A stretch of DNA of 64,000 bases from Paragordius varius (Eukaryota > Animalia > Nematomorpha): contig OZ176050.1 of assembly GCA_964247055.1 (NCBI GenBank), positions 5,456,001 through 5,520,000 on the forward strand. The letters are read 5' to 3'. How positions within the stretch are numbered: position 1 is the stretch's first letter; each line of letters begins with the position of its first letter. Position numbers and translations under genes: made by a program. The notes under the pieces were generated by a model. The model saw only the letters and a list, made by a program, of their open reading frames with translations. It had not been told where the DNA came from and searched no databases. Below are positions 24,701-34,200 of the stretch, in pieces.

Positions 24701-26935
24701 AATTTGACATTATGCCGACTCTGGCATATTATAAGATATGGTAATTTAAAATAATCTTTACAAGCCTCAAAACCAATAAAAACATTTACAATCATGTATG
24801 TCGAATAAAGAGATGGGAGTAACAAATGTCTCCATTGAAAGTAATATGCAAAAAAATCTTGAGCATTAATAGGATTTTCCCGAAAACCACTTAGGTGAAT
24901 TATGAAAGTAACTAAAAAAATTAGGCCTTGCAAAAGTATAAATATGTCCTGATTCATCCATGTTAAAAAAATTGTATAATACCCTTTCTTGTACATTTGG
25001 TATATAATCCAGAAATTGATTAACAAATAAAGAATTCTAGATGAAGGGTATATAATCAAATATATTAAGTATAAAATATTGAACATGACAATTAATTCAA
25101 AAATAATGATAAATATGATTAGTAAATTTATGAAATATTTTTAACTTAAAGCCTTGATAAATAAAAAGTCTAACCCAGGGGATTAATATATATTTTTAGT
25201 TAAATTATGCATGTATATTTACAATATATTAAAAAAAACTAAAATATTTTTTAGATACAATATGTTATGCCAAATTATTATAAAATTGGATTTGTTCTTT
25301 TGTGAAATTAATCCTTTTCTCACCTTATATTTAAAAGCTCCTAGATAATTATTAGATTGTATTTTGTTAACGATGAAAAATCAAATTATATCAATAAATA
25401 AAATCAGAAACCGTGCCGAATCGAATTATTTATTTTTACTAAAACAGCAGACCGCATCCGCCTAATACAAAAGCATACGCGTTCGTCATATAAGAGTTCT
25501 GTAAATTTCTTGCTTAACGATTCACTCCAAATCATTGTTAGATATAGAGAGAATAAGCCGACCTAAGAGCCATTTTATATTTATCATCCTAATCATATGA
25601 ATTTTCCAAAATGCAAGCATTAATATTCAAGAATTATCAAAAATATATTTGTTGCATACTGAAAAGAATAATATTTATTTTTAAGCATCAATGTAGCCCA
25701 AAAATTAATGGAAGTTTGGTAACTAAACGTACGTTTATAGAATCCGGTTCTTACGATAATACAATGGGTAGGTTACATATATAGCTTAATTAACTTGCGT
25801 TCACAAGCTTAAGCTTTGGTTGATGTGATGAAAAATTTTCTTGTTAACTTAACTTATCAAATTTTGATTCAATTCATTTGAGATGGAGAAGCAATTGTAT
25901 TTTTATTAAAATCGGTCAAAACATGCTATCTTTTAAATTAATCAGGCCAAAACATACTTTCTAAAATAAAACATTTTTTTGTATAAAAAGCGTATCGTCA
26001 AATCTTTTAGCCATGAAATATTAATATAATCCTATAAGATTACTATGGATAGCTTCTAGTGAATAATTCAATGATTGAAAAAAATATATGAAACACCAAT
26101 GAAAATTATGATTTTATTTTAATATTATATAATTATCTAAGGAACAGTATTGATACCATTGTGAAATATTATTATATTTATAGTGACCATTCAAATCGCT
26201 ATATAATTTCATTTTGTTTCCTTCTATTATTTTATAACTATCAAAATGCAAAATACAAACAGGAAAAAGACAGGAAGAAGGCAAATTAAATGGATTCATC
26301 TAAGATACAAATGCAAAAGTTTTTATATTAAATAGTTTTAACAAAAAATGGAATATAAATAAGAAAAGTAAAATAAGATAAATAATGTTTTTGAATCTAA
26401 AATCTAACATTTGAAAGATAAGGGATTATTTTGTGCATATTAAGTTAATTTTGTATTGTCATTATTCAATATACGTGATCGGTGCACCGCCGGCTTAAAC
26501 CGCGAATAAATGTATTACATAGGTTAGCATTTTTATAGAGCATAAAAAACGATTATGAGACATATTTTTCTAAGTATCAGCACCATTTTAATGTATTATC
26601 ACATATATAATATAAATTACTGTGTTTTAGTAAAGAAATCCAAAATTTTAAAGAAAAGCAGCCATATTTCTCCAACAAATATGTCTCATACTCCTTAATA
26701 TTGACAGGTTTCTTATTCTTAACAATTAAATTTGGTATGGTTATTAAATCAGTGTTTGCGATATTTTTAATTTCTTCGCCTAAAATAATATATTAACCAT
26801 TAAACTTTGAATATTCTCAAAATTAACAATATTGAATTCGGAATCTTTGAAAAAGGCAACACTATCGGACAGTTTAAAAGTATCACATAATTTGGCACGG
26901 AAATATTTTGCAGAAATAGACAAATTATTATTCAT
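15768..26935 (-). CDS. CATSPER2: Cation channel sperm-associated protein 2-like (6TM pore subunit)
   Basis: In-phase exons 26935-26806, 26779-26621, 21891-21823, 21795-21608, 21546-21367, 20774-20650, 19940-19768, 17694-17571; later exons near 16744, 16313 and 15986-15837. N-term AKYFRAKLCDTF, S3 SWEVFDTFITIL, S4 KSYRILRIFKLIPR, pore TLFRLFTLDGW, S6 YFISWILLAAFIFRNLYIGIM|VNNFQMIRKEL, C-term LWPKDTLFTYYQLLEALMENL. The last exon and stop position are uncertain. Confidence 0.87.
16625..16645. repeat. (TA)n microsatellite
   Basis: About 10 AT dinucleotides. Confidence 0.9.
17710..17734. repeat. (TA)n microsatellite
   Basis: About 12 AT dinucleotides just upstream of a CatSper splice acceptor. 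Confidence 0.9.
18007..19644. mobile_element. Non-autonomous hAT element (MITE) carrying a nested insertion
   Basis: TIR CAGGGCTTCTTAAACT...AGTTTAAGAAGCCCTG with a perfect 8-bp target duplication ATTTAAAC at 17999-18006 and 19645-19652. Confidence 0.9.
18236..19530 (-). mobile_element. Non-autonomous Helitron-like element, copy 1
   Basis: The minus strand ends in hairpin GTCACAGCGAAGCGTGAC followed a few nt later by CTAG|T, typical of a Helitron 3' end. It has internal degenerate ~160-300-bp subrepeats and a homologous copy at 39602-41555. The 5' end is approximate. Confidence 0.65.
20922..21192. mobile_element. MITE related to the 4370-5135 foldback element
   Basis: TA|TACCATT...AATGGTA|TA ends. 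Internal inverted repeat ACAATTCAAATTCATCCTCGAACAATT / AATTGTTCGAGGGTGAATTTGAATTGT has 1 mismatch in 27. Confidence 0.8.
24031..25086 (-). CDS. Intronless 351-aa multi-pass membrane protein, divergent 7TM/GPCR-like, nested in CatSper intron 2
   Basis: A 1056-bp ORF in very AT-rich DNA with about seven hydrophobic segments, a basic loop before the TM6-like FIFYTIVHYPFYL, and no canonical DRY/NPxxY. It lies inside intron 21892-26620. Confidence 0.65.
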   Translation of the reverse strand: MFNILYLIYLIIYPSSRILYLLINFWIIYQMYKKGYYTIFLTWMNQDIFILLQGLIFLVTFIIHLSGFRENPINAQDFFAYYFQWRHLLLPSLYSTYMIVNVFIGFEACKDYFKLPYLIICQSRHNVKFLKIAIFGICLFFHLHNLLLFSYQRICYLKHNTEIIRIHTMTKRRSLNVNWIVMLSFRTFTFNILPLLLITGIFLALILRGKKENKNKFAHRFNIHKRQTLISSDCNNAEHAGPVICNAKNFKKFDCEKNKKIRIRLTFWLLTFFNDDKNVKLFIFYTIVHYPFYLCSVVSNMMTLTGTNVLLFYDENSVYNHIYTGVKFWYMYGYTFLWIIILLLHHKFYKC

Positions 26936-26969
26936 TTAATAGTTTGTTCTTGAATCCTAGAAAGTAAAT

Positions 26970-27224
26970 CTAAGCATTTAATCCCAATATTCGTTTAAGT
27001 AATGGACAATTTACTAGAAACGCATTATTTATGTATTCAATTATATCACGTTTCATGATTTCGAATAACCCCAATTTACGTTGATAATCTTGTAAAGCGA
27101 TGCCAAAATCGTTGCGCTTACTTTCTTGCAAATCAATCATAAGGTTAATTTTATGACATATAGTTTGAATTTCTTTTAACAACATCATTTCATCAATCAT
27201 AATAAATTGAATAATAACAGGGTT
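26970..27224 (-). CDS. Short helical/coiled-coil protein of unknown identity (weak resemblance to KxDL-motif protein KXD1)
   Basis: Open frame NPVIIQFIMIDEMMLL..HKINLMI..FEIMKRDIIEYINN after acceptor ttttctag (27225). The MKRDI and HKINLMI spacing only loosely recalls KXD1. Confidence 0.45.
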   Translation of the reverse strand, partial: NPVIIQFIMIDEMMLLKEIQTICHKINLMIDLQESKRNDFGIALQDYQRKLGLFEIMKRDIIEYINNAFLVNCPLLKRILGLNA

Positions 27225-27326
27225 CTAGAAAATGACATAACCATAAATAATAAATGGAAGATGCATATTCTAAAGTGGAATAAAAACTTTATTTTGATGA
27301 TAAATATATTATATTTGTGGCATATA

Positions 27327-30300
27327 TTATTTTAGTGTTTGCATGATTTGTTGTATAGAAGTTATGATTTGATCTTGGAATGTAAACTGACTGGTATTAT
27401 TGATGCTATTGTTAGAAAAAACTTTTAAACAGTCTGTCAAGCATTCATGCAATTTTTCTTGAGTCGTTTCTGATATAAATAAATATATATTTATATAAAC
27501 CATATAAAATTTTTTTAGATATGGTGAAAGGAAATAAAATTATAAATAGCAATTAGAAAATTGTTAATATCGCAATAGCATTTAAAATAAACTAAACATT
27601 AATTTACGAAAAATAGTTATACACCATAACAATTCTATAATAAATCGACCAGATAAAAGTAGCAATTAATATTATAATAATCAAACACTATAGAACTAAA
27701 ATTTTGCCTTGTACCCTTTTATGTATTTAAAAAAGTGGCCGGTTCCGATTCACGCTTTTTAAAATTATAATTGTTATAATGTATTCACTATTAAAATAAA
27801 TAACAATGTAAAAATGACTATTAATATTTTAAATCACAAAATTTATTTTTCACGAGTAAGCTTTTAATTAGAATGCTATGGCGCAAATTTTTATCTGCTA
27901 AAAGCGAAAATTAAAGATTTTAAATAGCTTATTAAATTCGAAATAGGAATAAAATATTTGGGAAATAATTCTTATCTTATAACTATACTATTTACAAATA
28001 ATCAAAGTATATTTATTTGGGTATTTGAATCTTAAGTAGTAAATAATCGGTAAATATGGCTTACGGTTACCTACCAAAACAAAAAAATGACAGAAAAAAT
28101 TGTTCAAAATATCATTAATTTTGTAAATATTTAACGGTTAATTTTTTAAAGTTAGTGTTAATAGAGTTAGATCATTAATGATTATACTAAAATCATATAT
28201 TGTAAAATTAATATTTAAAAAACAAATATAGTTATAACTTTTATAAACTAATTCATAGATTTTGCGTTTTCCATAATTTTATTCATAGATATATTTTATA
28301 ATCTAAAACAAATTTTAACATTACTAATAATCCATAATTTTAACTTTTTCCCATTTTAGGCTTATTCAAAATTTCTAACACCAAGCGGGTCAACCCATAA
28401 AAAATTTGTTGTGAAATGCAATTCCCTTAAAAACTCCATTTAAAAAATCACGGTTAAAATTATATTTGGTTATGGTTATTTTTGCTACAAATCCAGTCAT
28501 ATTTTGTTTTAATTGCTGTAAAAACTAGTCTAATTCTATGATATGGCGAAAAATATAATTAAATTAAAATATTTTTATCTGCTGCTTCTACAAGATTAGA
28601 CCTTCCAGATTAGGCGTTGTTCCTAATATCCATTGAATTATAAACAATGCTGCATAGATGGTGTTTCCACTATTTAAACATAAAGGATTTATGGTCGTCA
28701 ATTGCAATTCCTCATCCTCTAAAGCGAAATGATTGAATGCTTCAATAAATTGGACCAAGGGAAAGATCAATTGTTTTTCCAGTCTGTCTGGATAATTTTC
28801 TTTTGAGAAAAAAAATCATTAATTACGGATAAAAGTAAGTTTTTAAAAATAATTTTAGAAAAAGATTGCATCTAACCAAATAAGTTAAAAGAAGTACAAA
28901 TATAAAACCATTTTATTGGTTATATAGGTATATTTATTTGTCAAAGAAATAAATGTGATCACTGGTAAATATCATTTTTGTTTTTTCAAGATATCTATCC
29001 ATTAAACTAAAAGCAAAAAATTGGATGGCTACGTATTATAATTTTCCCGTTTTTTATTAAGGTTGTTATTTATACAATTTTACCATATTTTTTTTTCAAC
29101 TAACACCCCACGTAAAAGGCGATAATACTTATAAAAATTAAATCCAACGGAGAAGAATAATAAGTTTGAGGAAAATTATTACAATTGATAAATATAATAT
29201 GCACGAGTTATGTAATGAAAATGATCGTTCCATAAATAATATTTGATGAATGTCCATACGAATTTACCTGCATAGATGGGTGATAATTTATTAGAATCCA
29301 TTTCTGATAAAATCAATTGCACCGCATGTATAATATTTTTGCACTCCAATATAACAGCTTTATCATAAGGATTCATATTACTAGAAAACATATAAATAAA
29401 AATTTCAACATGGCTTGATTTAAGGCTTCTACTAAACCATTAAAAAGCTGAAAATTCGCTTCTAACACAGTGTGTGCTCTATCTTCCTCAACAATAAGGG
29501 GTTGCATTATGTCTTTTTCAGTAAGAATACATATTAATTCAGCTACACTTTTAATGAGATTAACTAAAATATGATGTTATTATATAACACATATACCATT
29601 TGAAGAATAATGTAGGATGAAAATTATTTTTTGTATTAGTCCTGAACATACTAGAGAATTGGGCGCGTTTGGTATTTCAGACTGCGCTATGTTCTTAAAA
29701 AATCTAATTTAACATCCAAACAATATATACCTAACACATTCGTACAAAACTTCGCTAGCCATTGAACTCATAAACAGTTGGAAAATGTGTTGACTATAAA
29801 TAAGATTAATTGCAATGAACCAAAATGAAGCATCATGGGAAATATTGTTCGCAATATTGGGAAAACTAACCATGTTAGCAACGATACCTATGCAAATTTC
29901 CTAATATTAGAATTAATAAATAAAAAAAATAATTATAATGTTCTATTTAGTTTCGAGACTAATTGAATTTTCGTTACATGTCATAATCTATAATATAATT
30001 TATATTTTTGAAAACATTTCTTTTTAATAGGCTACAGTTTTGAACCTAATAGAGGCTTTATAACTCTTCATTTTTAGTGATAGTTTTCTATTCGTGAGCA
30101 AATTTATATATAAATAACTTGAATATCTATTATAGTGAATCAAATTTAAAAGTGTTCATTCTATGGTCTTTTTAGAGAATTATACATAAACAAAATAATA
30201 AAAATTTAATTATACATATCTATATTGGATTGGTCAAATTACTAAAAATGCCAAATGTAAATTATAATAAAATGAAATAACTTAATGCTTTTGATTATAT

Positions 30301-31273
30301 TTTGACAGCAAATTTTCAATAATTATTAATTTTTAAATTAGATGCTTATTACAATCGAATTTGAGTAATTCAATACTCAACTTACAATTTTCTCTTTATA
30401 ATAGGTATGATGTTTAAAAATCATATTTTGAAAAAATGTTAATATCAATAGTACTTTTCGCTAAAAGCATATTCATAAAAATTAATATTTTTTGAATGTC
30501 CTAATTCTCAAAAAAATATTTGCGTTAATTTGAAAATGACTAAATAAAAAAATTCCAAATATAAAAAAAGGAATGCTTTAATATGAAATATAATTGATAT
30601 ATTCCGTATTTATCCATATATTTAGCCATAATTTAAATATTTTGTTCTAGGCTAAAATGTTGCAATATTTCAGGATTAAATGCTTTAAAATTTGTCTAAA
30701 TGGAATGAATTATGTACTAGGTTCAAACTGATTGACAATGTTGATTTATTTTTTGCTAATCGTTTTATTCTTTGGCTTAAACATACTATTATAGTAATGG
30801 AGAACAAAGAGAAACATTTACGTCAGGGTCAATTTTAAAGAACATTAATATAAAAAAAATAGGATCATTCTAGCCACAAAAACTGCCTGTTGCTAAATAA
30901 TAAAAAATAATATTATCTTGTTGCTCTCTATGGTTTTAGGATAAATGAAAATAAAAAAACTTTAAGGCGATCCATATTTGTTTTATCAGCAATCTCCCAA
31001 ATTACACGGTGGAATGCTTCTTCAAACACAATGTTTGATATGGTCTATAAAATAAAAGATACATAAAACAATATTCATTGACATATCCCATAGCAGTATA
31101 AGGTTGGACACAAAAGGTATTTCATCTTCATTTAAAACATCTTTCAATTCATCTTTCTTAGGAATATTATTTTCCTGATTCCACTAAGATGACATGACAA
31201 TGACAAATACTTTTTTATAATTTCCAATTATATTTAAAGTCCAAGCATGTTCAGGGTCGCTATTTTCGGCCAT
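27327..31273 (-). CDS. SAAL1: Serum amyloid A-like 1 (SAAL1) homolog
   Basis: In-phase exons 31273-31211, 31183-31070, 31044-30961, 29900-29821, 29793-29731, 29703-29597, 29563-29410, 29380-29205, 28799-28602, 27469-27327. Motifs LLWDMSMN, DRLK|EICIGIVANMVSF, IIFILHYSSNVNLIKSVAELI, GLVEALNQA and IIHAVQLI follow SAAL1 (WDMSMD, RLREICVGILGNMACF, ICFIMSSSTNVDLL). Confidence 0.82.
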
Positions 31274-31285
31274 ACATAAAAACAG

Positions 31286-34200
31286 ACATCGAAAAATCTT
31301 ATACTACGGCCAAACATCAAATTACACATTTTATCTCTATACCTATTAAGAGTAAAGAGGTATTCTATTAGATTATTAAAAGATACGTTACCATGTACAA
31401 AGAATTCAAGATTTTATCTGTCTCCACAATCCAAACTATATAAAGTCTCTTATAAACATCCAAAAACTGCATGTAACGCTTTTATTATTTTCATTGAAAA
31501 ATCCGGAGTAAAATTTTGCCTGATAATAGTGAATTACTGAAAACTGTAAACTTGTTAAAACATATTAACTATTTTGACGCATTTCAAATCCGTTTCCTAG
31601 GCCTTAATACCTTTAGGAAAAATGTATTGTATGCAAATTTATGTGATTCGTGCATTAAAAATCTCTCAAATGTTAAAGGTTTGTTATAATATAAAATAGA
31701 AAAATTACATGATTATTTCTTAAACAATGGGTTTTATATTTGGAAAGATGTTCTTGTTCATGGGCTAAATAATGATCTTAAATTCAATAACAACGGGTAA
31801 TTACACAGCGCCATAAAAAAATATTCTCATATTATAAATAGTGTTTTTGGTTTTAGGCTTTACGATTGATATAGATAATGTCCCTTTTATAATAATTAAT
31901 CCATATCAAAAAACGCTTTGCGCAAATTTTTGGTGAAAGCTAAATGTTTTATTCCAAAATATATTATATACCAGTGATACTCAAACCGCGGCCCGCGGGC
32001 CACATGCGGCCTTAAGAGTGCTTTAAAATTGCCCTATGGCCATATTGATATTTATATTATTTTTTTAACACACAAACGAATATTCGATCATTTTAATATT
32101 AATTTATTTTCTTTAGATTTAATTTTGGTACTTTTTATTTTTTACCTAATTCTAAATGTAGAAAAATTTCCCTACATTAAAATAATTTTCAAAATTTTGG
32201 CACACGTTGCTTCTGTTTTTGTTTCTGTATTCTATTTTCTTTTCTATTTTGAAATTTTTATTGCATTCCTTTTTTGTATTTAAGCAAGCCTTTTACCTAA
32301 ACTTGCATATACATATTCTTTTCATAGCTATCCTGGCTCATTTTTTATAACTCATTCACACAAAATATTTTTCAAATAAACATCATTAAATTTCAACTTG
32401 TTTTTTATAGCGTAATTCAAATTATATTCCTATTTTTTAAAAAAATTTACATAATATTTAAACACAAATTTAAAGTATGACATCTAATGCTAAAAAACGT
32501 ATATTATCCGATGAAATTGCCCTTTAAAAAAGAATGGGAAGAAAAATTCTTTGTCGCTTATATGTAAGGATAATATAATTATAAAAAAATACAATATTGA
32601 AAGAATTTTACAATCCATTTTTATCATAAATTACAAGAAAATCATGAGGAAAAACAAAAAATATAAAAAGATTTAGGACTTATACCAAAAAGGAAAATCT
32701 GTTATGTCCATAGCTTTCTCCCAGGAAAAAGTTGTATAATTAGCTTCGCATGAAAGTTATATTTTAGGAAAAAATATGAAACCGTTTACTGATTCCCAAC
32801 TAAAAGAATGTCTAATATATGGTTGCACTTTTTTATTTGATAAATTCCATATAAAGATCAAATCATAGGCAAATTAAAAAACTTCAACTTTCTGCAACAT
32901 GTGCTCGACGCATTGAAGATATGTCTAAATATATTTTAAACAATACATTATTGGCTCTGAAAAACTGCAAATATTTTAGTAATGCTATTGATTCTAGCAC
33001 TGATATTGGTACAAATGTGCGCTCTTCGTAAGATTTTGCAACGACAACATCAACGATAAAAATTTAAAATTTTTACCAATGAATATAACTATGAAAGGAA
33101 GTGATTTTCTCGAAATAATTAACACTTTTTTCGATAATAATAATATATCTATGAAAAATTGGTTTCGATCTGCACAGATGGCTGTCCCTCTATGATTGGA
33201 ATAACCAAAGGATTTATTCCTCTTTTGAAAAACAAATATAATTTACAAAATATTTTATCCTTTCACTGCGTTATTCATCAAACTTGGTTTCGCGTGTAAA
33301 AGATGAATCACTCAACAGTAATTAAAACGGTTGTGGTTATAGGTAACCACATCCGTGGCAGAGAATTCAACCGCCGTAAATTCTAAAACCTTCTGAAAGA
33401 TATCCACAGTGAGTTTGATTATATTCTTTTGTACACCGCTGTGAGATGGCTAAGCCTTAGCAAAGTATTTAATAGATTTTTTGTTTTAAGACATTATTTA
33501 TAAAAGTTAACAGAAACTTTGACGATGAAATTAATAGTCACATATGGTGGGTTACATTAACCTACCTTTGCGACATTACTTATAAACTTTTTTAATACGT
33601 CGTCAAGGAAGCAAAATAATAACCCAATTTGCTAATAAAATATCTTTTAAAAATTAATAATATAAACTATATTTTATAAATTAAACACTATTATATTTTC
33701 CCACACTTAAAAGATTCATGAAGAACATATGGAATTTACCTCGAAGAATATAATAATAGATAATCTAACATTTTTATCTAATGAGATATAATTCAGATTT
33801 CAATAAGATATATTAAAAATTGCTATAACTCATTGAAAATCCATGGAATATGAGCATGGTTTTGAGGCGCATATCATTGAAGACTTCGTAGGTTTTAAAA
33901 ATTCCAATTTAGATATTCAAAGAGAATCGTAGACAAGAAAGATATGTAGAGTTTTGATAGGATGTGCCAAATAAATATGAAAATATAAAAAAATGTGCTC
34001 AAGTTATCCTAACTTTTTCCCTCAACTTATACGTGGGAGACTTCATATACAAAAATAAAATATGTCAAGAATACATACAGAAACCGCTTAACCGATAATC
34101 ATGTGGACGACGTATTAAGATTGGCCTGCCATGAGGCGAAACCAAATTTGTCAAAAATATTGGTTAGTATCGAAATAAAAATTGTTATCAAAATTTTTTA

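Noticed and set aside
11124-31699. Ciliate-type genetic code (TAA/TAG = Gln) explaining the in-frame stops
   Set aside because: Many interruptions are not multiples of 3 (20, 22, 23, 25, 26, 29, 32 nt) and all have GT-AG ends. TACC and SAAL1 end at TAG/TAA where expected.
32029-32283. 84-aa hydrophobic ORF
   Set aside because: T-rich subterminal region of the hAT element.
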